Assembly: GCF_963921235.1 (NCBI RefSeq) | Contig: NC_086118.1 | Location: forward strand, 18,044,001-18,108,000 | Length of the DNA stretch: 64,000 nucleotides | Reading direction: 5' to 3' | DNA from: Mobula hypostoma | Taxonomy: Eukaryota | Shown here: positions 1-12,342 of the stretch, piece by piece | Numbering within the stretch: the first letter of the stretch is position 1 | How the letters are laid out: each line of letters starts with the position of its first letter | The notes under the pieces: generated by a model | What the model was told of the DNA's origin: nothing | The model's database searches: none | Seen by the model: the letters and a program-made list of their open reading frames with translations, nothing else | Program-made: the position numbers and the translations under genes

Positions 1-550
1 GGAAAAGCCATGTGTTCAATGCTTCCTTGTCCACATCTAGTCTGCTCAGATTGTGGGGATTTCTTCCACGGAGGTTCATAATCTTCCATTGGTTAACTTT
101 TTCTTTTCTCGCAATAATTTCTTCATTTGCACAAAAAGAAATGCTATTAGTATTAGCACAGTTTGTTGTCTTTTGCACATTGATTGTTTCTCCATCTTTG
201 TGTGTGTTTTTTATTGATTCTATTTTTTTTTCATTTACTGTGAATGCCAGCAAGAAAATAAATCTCAGGGTGACATGAATATACTAAAAGGACTAACTGG
301 TTCTTTGAGTGTCATACTGAAACTTGAATGTTTCCTTACATGCTAAGTCCCACAACTTAGTAACTTGTGAGTTATATCCAATATCCCATTATGTATAATC
401 CACTTCATCGGGATAGAGAACCAATAAAGTCACCGTACGTTTTTCCTCTTTTTATTCTGCTAATTTTCTGATGTTAGATTGTCACCGTAACTTCAAGTAC
501 AATTACACTGATTTTGTTCTTGAACTGAAAGTATGCCTTTTCCTGCCTAG

Positions 551-755
551 GTGCATCAAAATTGGAGACAAGGAATGTGAATACAATTCCAACTTTCGTC
601 TTATTCTTCACACAAAGCTGGCAAACCCCCATTATCAACCTGAGATGCAAGCCCAATGTACTCTCATTAATTTCACCGTTACTAGAGATGGCTTAGAGGA
701 CCAACTTCTAGCTGCCGTAGTCAGTATGGAGAGACCAGACCTGGAAGAGCTGAAG
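551..755 (+). CDS. DNAH9: Axonemal dynein heavy chain internal exon A (AAA5 C-terminal part)
   Basis: Acceptor ttttcctgcctAG|G at 549-551 and donor AAG|GTATGG at 756. 205 nt (1+68 codons) encoding [68 protein letters not shown], a typical dynein AAA5 sequence. Confidence 0.95.
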
Positions 756-3008
756 GTATGGTGAAATAACCTTGTTCTTTCAAAACCTTATTTATGCCAG
801 TAAGAACAACAAAAGTAGGAAATGCTAGGCAGGTGAGGCAGCATTGGTGGAGAGAGAAACAGTGTCAATATCAGCTGCCTGTTCAGTTGAGTATTTTTGT
901 CATTCCTGGTCTTTTTTGCAGTTTTTTGCTTACAGAAACAACATCTCATTATCAATGTAATCTGGCTGTCTAGGAATTAGTTTTTACAGTACAGAATTTT
1001 ATTCTATTGTACCTGTGTTAACTCAGAAAAAGATCTCCGTACTTGCAGGCAGCCAAAGAAGGTTCATCATTCCCAGGATATATCCATTCCAGAGGGTTGG
1101 ACCTGGCTAAAGCTGTGTAATTGGTAGTTTACAATGAAGAATTTCAGAGTTTGTTAGGTTTTTCTCCCCCTCTGCTTGTTATAATAAAATCGCTGCTGTC
1201 CCATTGAGTCAGAATGCTATTGTTTTAAATATGGTGCATGGGTTTAAGTTATTTTCATGCATAGGCTTGAAAATGAGAAGTAAGGAAACACCCATTTGTT
1301 CTACAAGAGGCACCCATGAAAAGTGCTGCACAATGTCGGATCTCCCTGGATGGGACCCACCACCTACAACCTCTATCTTTGCATCCTTGCATCTGCCCCC
1401 AGAAGGCTGATCTCTCTGGTCCAAACTGTCCTGTGTTGGGGGTTGGGGGGGGTGTGCAGGAGAAGAAGATGAAATAAGTATTTCCACATCCTGAGCTTTA
1501 CCATCTGCCAAAACTATCAGAATGCTTCTGATTTTAAGAAGCATTCAAAAAACTGAAAAAAATAAATGAAAAAAATTAAGTTTTGTTTCAAAAAGAAAGC
1601 TAAATCAACTAAAGCAGTTGTTTATTGCGTCAAAAAGGTAATTTTAAAAATAATTACCTATTCTTGCCTCTATTCCTCATAGTCACATAATATTTATTCA
1701 ACTGAGTATGCTCACAAATCCTGTGCTGGGTTAAGAGATTGGGGATGCAACACATCCTGGAGTTTGAATCATTGGGCTAAAATGATCCAGTAGCAAACTT
1801 CAGAGCAGACATTGTCAATAAAACTATCACACATAGTGGCACAATAGATTGAGCTACAAGTACACACCGATCATTTTTGGAACTCCATGTTTGTGATACC
1901 TTAAGGTAAAATTGGAAAAAGGAATGTTTAGTAATGGTTTAATTTTCTTACTCCAAGATACACTTTGAAAATCTGTTTCTTCACGTTTTATTTGCAATTT
2001 TGCTACAGTCTTTTATACACTTTGTCACTGTATGTAAAAATTCCTGGATATTTCACTTATGTGAACACTCAATGTTTCCATCAATGTCACTCATTCATAG
2101 ATTCCTCAGGGATAAACCAGCTTCGTCAATAAGCCAAGAATATATATTTACTGACTGCAGCTTTGCTACAATAACAGTCTTAATAAGATTAGGTTTTAGT
2201 TAACACATCTTCACAGTACAAATAATGTTAAAGGATGTATGTAAGGAGCAGATATGGTGTCTGGCAATATTTTACTCATGTGATACTTACTTATCTCTCT
2301 GTGTAATTTAAAAAGAATTTAATTATGTTAAGACTGATTTAAATTCATTTTCTTTCTCTAATGAACACAAGGAGCTTAAGGTTGTCTTTTCATCTTCCAG
2401 ATTTCTTGAAAATATGTTTTGAATTACAGGCAACAAATATGTTTTTAATGCAAAACCAATTTAGGTAAAAAGTTTGCTTAATAGTATTTTGTTGAGTCTA
2501 ACATTTCACACACACATTTACATATTCTGCAATTTGTGATTAAAGCTTGTAAATTTTTTAATTTATTCAACTACTATTAGCATATGAAAAATTAGCATTT
2601 AATAAGAATATATTTTCCTTCCTGTCCTTATAACTTACAAATGCACAGCTTGTAGCTGGAGTGATGTGCTTATATGAATTTTGTCGAATTAATATGCAAC
2701 CCTGAACTGACTAATTTCTAGTTGACAGGAAGGCATTGGAATTTGTTACTGACTAAAGCTGCACCCATTTTTAAGCAAGAATATCCACTCTTTTGGATAT
2801 TTGTTGCTTTCAGTCAAGTTAAAGGTCATCCTATCACCCAGCAGCGATGCTATCAATAAGCTGGCTGAATAACCAATGATACTAATGATTTTTTTAAAGA
2901 CTGAAATGCAGGAACCAAAAGGCAAACATTTTGAAATATTCTCATGAAAAATTACAGTATCCATGCAGGCATGCATGTATGTACATATGCACATTTTCTT
3001 TCTCTATT

Positions 3009-3034
3009 TCTCTCTCTCTCTCTTTCTCTCTGTG

Positions 3035-3065
<31 letters not shown>
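3009..3065. repeat. Compound (CT)n/(CA)n microsatellite
   Basis: tctctctctctctttctctc tgtgt followed by about 15 CA units, directly visible. Confidence 0.9.
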
Positions 3066-3068
<3 letters not shown>

Positions 3069-3924
3069 TACAGCTAGCTTGCTATAAGTAATAACCATGT
3101 TCCAGTAAAGATAAACATTGACCTCATAAAAAGTGTAAGATTTTCCAGGTATTGTAGAATTGAATTATAAATAGCTGAAGTTTACATCTGTTGCAGTGAT
3201 TCACCTTCATTCTGTTGGAGAAGACTGCAAATTGAGAGTTTTCATGATCGCACTTACTCTCTAACTGGAAGTTTGATATTTTCATATAAGGACACATTCG
3301 TGGAAATCTTCAGATGTCATTTTCATTATGTTCTTACACTGTAGCAATAATGAACACTCTTTATATAATATACCCCTGTTATTGTTGTGTATCCAGTTAT
3401 TGATTTCCACATCTTAACACCACACTTAAGCTACAAGATTCCCATCTAAGCATGAGGTGGAGCGTTAAATGCAAAAGTGCTTACCTGGATCTCATTTTCA
3501 TCTGCTCCTATGGAAATTCCTAACTTGAGATTGTGTAAAGAGGCAAGTTGAGCAAGAAATGACAGATGCAATAAAATACGGAAAAAGATACAGTTTTCTA
3601 GATTGCACAGAACAGAAAGCAAACTTTTTTTTAAATGGTGAGGTTATGCTGATGTTCAAAATGACATAAGTGTTCTCCAACGCAAGTCACTGAAAGCCAA
3701 GGTACAGAGATTGTGATAATTAATAATCACTGAATTTCCAGTTAAAAAGAAGCATTGACCTTGTGAGTAAATGTAAGATTTTTCAGGTATTTTATTGCAG
3801 AACTGATTTATAGTTCAAATCTATTCAAATGATTTTCTTTAATTCTGCGATTATGAAGGAAAATTATATTTTTAGTTTTATATAGTATAATTCCAATACA
3901 TAAATAAGACTATCTTAGTGTAAT

Positions 3925-4665
3925 TCTTTAGTGGGACCCCATCTGGAGTATTGTGTACAGTTTTAGTCTCCTTCCCGAAAAAAATGGTATGCCTGCCAAG
4001 GAGGTAATGCTATGAAAGTTTGTTAGACTGGGTCTAGGGATGGCAGATTTGCAATATGAGCTTCTGTAGACTAAGCATAAATTCTCAAATTTTAGAAGAA
4101 GAATAAAAAAAATCTGTTGAAAATTACAAGATTCTTGAAGACCCTAGCAGAGTCTAGAACTAAAGGAAACAGTCTAAAGATAAGGAGGAGATATACTTTT
4201 AGTTATAAAGAGAATGAAAGGAATTGAAGATAGTGCTGCAAAATAGTGTTGCGATAGGATATGTCAAGACTGCACAGGCAGGCACCTCCCAGTCTCCACC
4301 CAGAAATCACCTGCCACTCATTTCCAACTTGTTACCAATTCATTACCTGCAACCTATTTAAACCCAGCTCTCATCCACAGTCCTTGTTCACCCATCAAAC
4401 TAGCCAGCCTCAAACAGTGGCTCCTAGCATTCAGTTCCTTTGCTGCATTATCTTGTTAAATATCTATTCTTTCTTATTTTCTGGCCCCTCCTTGCTTGTT
4501 ATTTTCCAGTTTATTATTAAAGTGATCACTCACTACTAAATCATCTCCACTGCTCTGGCTTTGGGTCAAGACTCCTCCACATTTCCTGGCAGAAGATCTT
4601 TCAGTATTATGATATATAGTGAAGTAAAACTGAAAGGCCAACTGGCCTATGCTGGTTTACCTTCC
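3925..4665 (+). mobile_element. Degenerate CR1 LINE 3' fragment, interrupted by a solo LTR
   Basis: ttagtgggaccccatctggagtattgtgtacagttttagtctcc is a decayed LVRPHLEYCVQFWSP. The 3'UTR-like part resumes after 4591 (gaagatc...aaaggccaactggcctat). Confidence 0.65.
4262..4591 (+). mobile_element. Probable solo LTR (Gypsy-like)
   Basis: 330 bp starting TGTCAAGA and ending TCCTGGCA (TG...CA, imperfect terminal inverted repeat). Internal TATTTAAA and ATTAAA, with tgggtc near the 3' end. It interrupts CR1 sequence. The TSD is not clean (ggata/gaaga). Confidence 0.55.
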
Positions 4666-4667
4666 TT

Positions 4668-6303
4668 CAGAGCCTATAAAAAGTATTCAATGCCCCTTGG
4701 AAGTTTACATGTTTTGTTGTTTAACGGCATTGAATCACAGTGGATTTAATTTGGCTTTTTTTGGGAATGATCAACAGAAATTGACTCATTCATGTTAAAG
4801 TGAAAACAGATCTCTCCATCTACAAAGTAATTAAATTAATTACAAATATAAAACACAAAATAAGTAATTGCGGAAGTATTCACTCCTTTTAATATGACAC
4901 ACCAACTAATCACTGGTGCAGCCAATTGGTTTTAGAAGTCATGTAATTAGTTAAATGGAGATCACTGTGTGCAGTCAAGGTTCTTCAATTGATTATAGTA
5001 AAAATATTACTGAATCTGGAAGGTCTAACTGCTGATGACTCAGTATCCCGGCAAAAATGACATGATGAAGATAAAATAAACTCCAAACAAACTCTGCAAA
5101 AAGGTTATTTAAAAGCACAACTCTGGAGATGGATACAAGAAGATTTCCAAGTCACTGAATATCTCATGGAGTACAATTAAGTAAGTCATCAAGAAATGGA
5201 AAGAATATAGCACAGCTGTAAATCTGTCTAGAGCAGGCTGTCCTCAAAAACTGAGTGACCGTACAAGAAGGGGACTAGTGAGGGAGGCCACAAAGGGACC
5301 TATGGAAACTCTGGAGGAGTTACAAGCTTCAGTGGCTGAGATGAGAGAGACTGCATACAACAGCTGTTGCCTGGGTGCTTCACCAGTCACAGCTTTATGG
5401 GAGGGTGGTAAAGAGAAAACCTCTATTACAAAAAAACTCTAATGAAATCTCAGCTAGAGTTTGCCAGAAGACATGTGGGAGACTCTGAAGTCAGCTGGAA
5501 GAAGGTTCTATGGTCTGATGAAACCAAAATTGAGCTGCTTGGCCATCAGACTAAACACTATGTGTGGCATAAGCCAAACACCATACATCATCAAAAACAC
5601 ACCATCTCTACTGTGAAGCATGGTGGTAGCTGTATCATTCTGTGGGGATGCTTCACTGCAGCAGGCCCTGAAATGCTTGTGAAGGTAGAGGGTAAAATTA
5701 ATGAAGCAAAATACAGGGAGCTCCTGGAGGAAAACCTTATGTGGTCTGCAAGAGAACTGCGGCTTGGGAGAAGATTTGTTTTTCAGCAAGACAATGACCC
5801 CAAGCATGAAGCCAAAGCTACACAGGAATGGCTTAAAAACAACAAAGTTAATATCCTGGAATGGACAAGTCGAGTCTAGACCTCAATCCAATTGCGAATT
5901 TTGTGGCTGGACTTGAAAAGGGCTGTTCACTCACGATCCCCATGAAATCTGACAGAGGTAGAGCATGTTTTGTATAGAAGAATGGGGGAAAATTGCAGTG
6001 TCCAGGTGTGCAAAGCTGATAGAGACCTATCTTGACAGACTCGAGGATATAATTGCTGCCAAAGTTGCATCTGCTAACTACAGACTTGAAGAGAGTGAAT
6101 ACTTATGCAATATATTTCTTTTGCATTTTATATTTGTAATTAATTTAAATCAGTTTGTAGAGAGCTGTTCTCACTTTGACACAAAAGAGTTTTTCTGTTC
6201 ATCTGTGTCAGAAAAAGGCAAATTAAATCCACTGTCATTCAAGGTTGTAAAATAATAAAACATGAAAACTTTTAAGTGGTTTGAATACTTTTTATTGGCA
6301 CTG
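4668..6303 (+). mobile_element. Tc1/mariner DD34E transposon, IR/DR type (Passport-like), full length but inactivated
   Basis: About 220-bp TIRs: left CAGAGCCTATAAAAAGTATTCA... (4668-~4890), right ...TGAATACTTTTTATTGGCACTG (~6086-6303) followed by TA. AAGTATTCA recurs at both ends of each TIR. Total length 1636 bp. Confidence 0.92.
5065..6083 (+). pseudogene. Tc1 transposase pseudogene
   Basis: GYKKISKSLNISWSTIK, WSDETKIEL, TVKHGG, QQDNDPKH and DLNPI(A)N motifs, with several stops and frameshifts. The catalytic Glu codon reads GCG at 5894-5896. Confidence 0.9.
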
Positions 6304-6594
6304 TATGTTGCAATGTCCTTTTTACAAATTGTTGAAGTTTAACTTTGATGTTATTCATGAAGAAGAGCTAAATTATGGAGCAAACTTCATTAATTGATTC
6401 TCCCTGCATTACCCAACTTCCATCCCTCTAGCTCCACCTCTCTTTTTTGCTGTTATTCCTCTCTCTTACGGTTAAGCCAAAAAGTGTGCCTGACAGCCCG
6501 ATGATGATTCCAAATGGAGATCGACAAGAAGCCAGAATTGGAGAAGCCAGCAGCCTCAGGGGGTGAATGGCCAGTGAAGGTTACAGGAATTGTG

Positions 6595-6745
6595 AGTGGC
6601 TTAGTGGTGCAGCTGTTAGCACAGTCACTCCACAGCTCCAGAGAAGAGTTTGATTTCAATCTTGGGGCTGTTCTGTGTGGTGTTTGCACATCCTCCTCCT
6701 GACAATGTGATTTCTCCTAGCTTTCCTCCTCCATCTCCAAGAATC
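6595..6745 (+). mobile_element. V-SINE (HE1-like tRNA-derived SINE), degenerate
   Basis: gtggcttagtggtgcagctgttagcac head, then V-domain-like ctgtgtggtgtttgcacatcctcc...tttcctcc. Confidence 0.55.
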
Positions 6746-6819
6746 CTTCTAGGCTTACTAGCAGATCAGGCAGTTGCGCGCGAGTTAGTGGCCAAGAAAT
6801 AGTGTTTGTGGAGTGGTTT

Positions 6820-7110
6820 GAACATAGAACATTACAGCAGAGCACAGGCCCTTCAGCTCATCATGTTGTACTGATGTTTAATCTAGTCTAAGGTCAATTG
6901 AAACCTTTCCCGCTACATAGTTCTCCATTTTTTTAATCACTCATGTGCCAATCTAAGAGTTTCTTAAATGGCCCTAATGTATCTGCCTCTACTAACACCC
7001 ATGACAGGGCATTTCAGGCACCGACCACTTTCTCTGTTATGATCTTACCCCTGATATTCCCCTAATACTTTCCTCCAATCACCTTAAAATTATGCCCCCT
7101 TGTATTTTAA
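6820..7110 (-). mobile_element. CR1 3' end fragment
   Basis: Begins gaacatagaacattacagcagagcacaggcccttcagc, the reverse complement of the CR1 3' tail seen at 24240-24290. Confidence 0.7.
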
Positions 7111-7684
7111 GGTGATTTTGTTATCCAATATTTAATGTTCATTTCTCAGTTCTATAAAGCAAAACAATATGTCAGTGAGCTTGATAAGTGATGACAGAGT
7201 TGTGTATTCCCTTTAAAGGCAAAGAAATCTGACATGTTTTATTGAGGAGAGCCTCATAGGTAAGAGTAAGAGGGATCCAAGTTAGATCTCTGATAAACTC
7301 TGGAGTTAACAATATGGAAGTTGGAAGTGCTTACTGTGAATACATCGGGAGAGATAATACAGGAGAGATAATAATGAAACAAGGGAGAGCAGAGCCACCC
7401 ATAAGGCAAGTTATTTGAGGAAACTTTTGTTAACTAATGTGAGAACTGCAATAGTTGTTGAGTGATCGGCAAATCAGTGGGAATGTACTAGAGCAGGAGA
7501 CGAGTCTCCTGAACTATAGATGATTAAAGAAACTTAATTAATTTTCAGGCCTTATCACCCAGTATGTTATTGGAAATGATAATCAATATTTTATATCTTT
7601 GGAAGTTATGTTAAGAGGGAACCGTGCAACCTTGATAAGCATCAGGCAGTTCAATTGATTTGATATTTGAGGCTACTAAAATCC

Positions 7685-8051
7685 TGCTCGGTGGCAGGGT
7701 GGAGCTGTGTCTCTACAAAAGGAGGTGTAAGACACTCCTTCCCTGCAAGTCACCCTGGGGCAAGGCGTAGCACCTGCTTAGCTTCTGATCAGGGTGACAC
7801 GAAGCCATTGGAGCAAGTGGTGTATGGTCGTAAGAACAGCTGGGTGCATATCACAAGTCCTGGTTATATCACAAGGCAGGACAATTCCTGCAGAGTACTG
7901 ATAATGGCTGGGTCACCCATCTTGTAACGACACTGCTCAGAAGAAGGCAATGACAAACCACTTCTGTGGGAAAATTTGCCAAGAACAGTCATGGTCATTT
8001 AAAGACCATGGTCACCCATGTCATACAACCCGGCACATAATGAATGAATGA
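7685..8051 (+). mobile_element. Non-autonomous retroelement with RTE-type 3' end
   Basis: gaagaaggcaatgacaaaccacttctgt resembles the RTE/BovB-related SINE tail motif. Small hairpin catggtc..gaccatg. Ends in (ATGA)n. Confidence 0.55.
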
Positions 8052-9634
8052 TTGAAAATCCTGTCATCATAAGGGAAAATAAAGAAAGGTATTTCTCCAT
8101 TATTGGTTCAGATTAAGTACGAAGAAGTGTTATCATTTTGTCTGCTCTTATCTTCTTGAAAACAAAGTAAAATTTTGTTGATGGTGGCTACTTCATTCCT
8201 AACACATTCCTGTCAGAATTTGGTTTGAACTTGTCCTTATAGTGGCATCACTATGGAAACCAGTATGGTACAAGTACATGAACTGTCTAACATGGGTAAT
8301 TTAATAAGTTTTATGATCAGGCGCTGGATGATATATGACATCTTCCTCCCCCTGCCACGCTACTAAAAGGCTGAGGACAAGATGCAACATTCTAATTTGC
8401 TATTGCTTCTGATGGCTTAGGCGTATTCCTTGTATTTGCCTTGTTACTGTCATCAGCATAGACATTCAACACGTGCTTTGGGCAGTGAAGCAATGCCACA
8501 AAATGTTCTCTAGGTCGTGAGCTGTGCACTCTTACTGCTGACTTACATTGAAAAGGAGATTGTCCCGAAGTCACCTGCTTGCAAAGTACCTGCCCAATCC
8601 TCATACGTGGAGATGAGTCTAAAACAAAGCACTATCCCCAAAAAAACAGGCAAAGTGAACTCCCAGCAGCTCGGCAATCTATAGACAAGAAGAGAAAAAA
8701 GTTGAAAGATCCTGTCAAGTTTTGACATATAATGTGGAATTATCATCTCTATATAAAAATGGAAGTAAAGCAGAAAGATGTACAGTGTAATGCAGTTATG
8801 GAATTATAACTGAACATATTTACCAGGAATAGAAAGACTAAGCTTTTAACATTATGACGAAGCACGCCAAGGAAATGGATCAAACTATTTCCAGAAGTAT
8901 GTTGTTCCTGAAAGAAAGGCCATTAAAGCACAATAATCAGTAATCAATCAAATAAAAAAATGAACCTTTCCACAAAAAATGAGGTTCAAAATGCTGTCAC
9001 ATGGATTGATTGAAGCCGATGTCACTAATGCTTTTAAGAAGAAGAATGATGTATGAAGGAAAAGGTAATGGAGGGTTACAGATGAAGTGCATGAAGATGC
9101 ATTTAGAGTGGGAGAAAGCTTATGTGGAGAATAAATCCCAACATAGATCATTTGAAGCAAACTATTCATGCCTGCATTGTAAACTCTGTGAAGACCTGTT
9201 GTCTTTTCTCCTCACCCTCAGAAGTAATTATTCAGGTATACTATTGTGGTCTGTCACTTGTGGCTCATTCAATATTTTTTAATATTGGAACAGATGTAAA
9301 GTAATGGATGTTTCTTTCTCCCCAAAGTATTATTCCAGTCCAGTGAGGATATGAATAACATATTATTGACCCCATTCTAATTAGCAAAGTAATAAAAATT
9401 CTGCACCCTGTAATTGCAGTGATCTTCTAATTAGGTCACAGGAGCAATGTTAGAATGAAAGGACCAAACAGGCATTGTATTGTGCAGACAGTAACCTCAT
9501 TTTTGCAGTCATTTGTAATTTTAATTGACTGAAGCTCTCATAAAAGACTTGTCTCCTTGCAACGTTTGCTCTTGTGTGCATTTGATAGTCTTAAAATATG
9601 ACTGAGTTCCCTGTGGTATTTTTTGTCTCTGTAG

Positions 9635-9799
9635 TCCAATCTAACAAAGCAGCAAAATGGCTTTAAAATCACCTTGAAGACCTTGGAGGACAACCTACTT
9701 TCCCGCCTTTCCTCTGCTTCTGGAAACTTCCTCGGAGACACAGCCTTGGTAGAAAATTTGGAGACTACCAAAAGGACTGCTGCAGAGATTGAAGAAAAG
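9635..9799 (+). CDS. DNAH9: Dynein heavy chain exon B (buttress/strut coiled coil)
   Basis: Acceptor ttttgtctctgtAG, donor AAG|GTTAGG. 165 nt, phase 0-0, [55 protein letters not shown]. The [17 protein letters not shown] motif matches my recollection of DNAH9 rather than DNAH17/DNAH11. Absent from the ORF track on the + strand. Confidence 0.95.
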
Positions 9800-11656
9800 G
9801 TTAGGCCAAATGAAACTATAAGGAGAATATTATTTGAATGTTGATAATATGTTCAGACATATCCATGTGATTTATGATGAAAAGGGGAATGTATTAAATC
9901 TCAGCCTTTTTGAAAAGTCTCATTGAATACTACAGCCAGTCTAGAAGGAATTAAAATGCCATGTTATTTAACTTCCTTTTTCTGCCAGGGCTAATCATTA
10001 TGTTCCTCAGAGTTCAGTCTGCCAAGCAGCCTGCTTATGAGCCTTGTTAATACATGGATTAGGAATGTTTAAATAGAGGTAGACTTTTAGAACAGGCATT
10101 CAACATATTTATCTTTTGAGTCCCACCTCTCTTCTGCAATATTGCAAAATTAGCAAGTTCACATATTAGGCTATCAAACACATAAACTATTTCATCCACA
10201 TTTTTGGTGTCATTTGCAATTTTTGCCTTTCAGTTAGGGATTAATATACAGCATGTAGGCATTTAAAAGTTTCAAATAACTTATTTTGCTCAGCAAGACC
10301 AATTGTGTACTATCTTTTTAAATAGGTTTATGAGTATGTAAATAGACCTGCAATATGTGGATGGCTTATAAATTTGTTTAGCACTCAGATGTGGAAAATC
10401 TGCAACAAAGATTCTGTTTTTGAATGACCTCTGAAGTCTAATTAAAGATCTCATTTGATAATTTTTCCTCAATTTGACTGGAGAATTTCACTAATAAAGG
10501 TCAAGGTGACTGACAGACATTTCCACTTTCCTCACAACAAACAATGCAGTTAAAAGAATCAATCTGTTTTGTTTGTGGTTTATGCAAATAATATTTTAAA
10601 GTGTAGCAGAGCCGCAGAGATTCTCTGCTGCTTTCCTTGACTACCCTGGTTATTTCTAGATCAGAATATGTGTGGACAGTTGCGTAGTTGTGTAAGAGTG
10701 AATTGATGTAAGACCTTACTAAGACCTGCAGGCAGAGCATAAGGAAGAAAGCTATAGTAACATAAGGTTTTATTTCAAAAGAACATGGGGATTTTTTTCC
10801 CAAAAATTAGAGCCTTCCATGTGAATAAAAAGTGATTGAGATGATATTTTCTCACACCTGGCGCTCTGTTCCAGTGCTGGGTTGTATCTTGCTGACCTCA
10901 GATGCCAGTTCTTGCAAATCATTATTTAACTGACCAATGGCAGTACTGCTGTAAATTCCACCCTCCTCCTTTTGCATGTTTGGAAACTTTTAATACTTGA
11001 GTTTATAACACTAGTGAATTACAAACATACGACCTTTGGGTAGGGTGAGGAGAAGGAGGCAATCAGAGTCATGAGCCTCCAAAAATATAGTGCATTTCTG
11101 AATGTGTGTGTGTGTGTGTGTGCGCACATTTACACCAAGGACACTGCTTTGCCCTTCAAAGGCCTGCAAAATTAATTTCCTGTACACTCCCATGGTGGTC
11201 ATCTTGTTTGTATTTTCTGCCATGTAAAAGGAACTCAATTAAGTTGTCTGTTTTGGCTACAGGATATAATTATGAAGTCCAGATGTAGAAGGGGTCTGAT
11301 GATTTAAGTCATCGCCTCAGAATCAATATAACACAGTGCCCTTCCATCTGTAAGTCTGAATCTGAGTTCTGCACATACTGAGATTTGAAAAGTGTGCAGG
11401 GCTGGGCAGTTTTGGGAATTCTTCCTCTATTTTAAAGTGCTCGAGTGTTGCTCTTCCAGATAAATATTTATGAGCTATTAATGTTTTCAACAGTAAACAG
11501 CTTTTACCAACTGGTTCTGTATGGCATCATAACATTTTCTTAAATATATCCTTGCACCTGAAAACAAAGAAAGAGTGACCCCCAAGTGACATTTCCCAGA
11601 TTTTTTTTGTTATTAGAACCACATCCTTACTATATAACATATCTCTTTTAATACAG

Positions 11657-11797
11657 GTGAAGGAGGCCAAGGTAACGGAGCTTAAGATCAATGAGGCCCG
11701 TGAGCATTACCGTCTTGCTGCAGGCCGTGCGTCTCTCTTGTACTTCATAATGAACGACCTCAATAAAATCCATCCTATGTACCAGTTCTCTTTGAAG
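11657..11797 (+). CDS. DNAH9: Dynein heavy chain exon C
   Basis: Acceptor ttttaatacAG, donor AAG|GTATGT. 141 nt, phase 0-0, [47 protein letters not shown]. Confidence 0.95.
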
Positions 11798-12171
11798 GTA
11801 TGTCTGTGCAAGATCAGCAGATGTTGCCTTTACTCCCTACAGCTTCATTTAGCTGATGAACCACTTCAATAAACAAACAATTTTCCAACATTTCTGAATC
11901 CTTTCATAATTTTGTGCACTGAAAATAAGGGGTCACATGTTAAAATATTAATGTAGGAGCCATAATTGCAAATTTCACTACTGGAGGATAAACAAAGAAT
12001 TGATTCTGCTATTCATTCTATGCTTCAAAAAAGACTGAATTTTGATATTGAAATCCAACAAGGAATGAAAAGCTAAATATATTCTGATATTTGATGTGTT
12101 TACAGAAGAGAAACAATACAACATATAATGTCATAATTTATTAATAAGCTCTGCTCTTCTCTTTTTGTTAG

Positions 12172-12342
12172 GCTTTTAATGTCGTATTCCAAATGGCTGT
12201 AAAAAGGGCACCCACTGATGAAGTCCTCAAGCAGAGGGTTGCCCACCTGATTGACAGCATCACTTTTTCCGTGTTTCAATACACAACAAGAGGCTTGTTT
12301 GAATGTGATAAGCTGATCTATACGGCTCAGGTTACCTTCCAG
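12172..12342 (+). CDS. DNAH9: Dynein heavy chain exon D
   Basis: Acceptor ctttttgttAG, donor CAG|GTATGT. 171 nt, phase 0-0, AFNVVFQMAVKRAPTDEVLKQRVAHLIDSITFSVFQYTTRGLFECDKLIYTAQVTFQ (RGLFExDKL motif). Confidence 0.95.

Noticed and set aside
471..764. ORF-track extensions beyond the exon boundaries (also 11657-11872, 51931-52197, 54196-54405)
   Set aside because: The extra residues lie outside canonical AG/GT sites and have no dynein-like character.
1007..1250. Possible second solo LTR (TGTTA start, AATAAA at about 1183)
   Set aside because: I could not find a matching CA end, terminal inverted repeat or TSD.
6595..6670. tRNA gene
   Set aside because: Only a decayed A-box-like head with no cloverleaf, running into a V-SINE domain.
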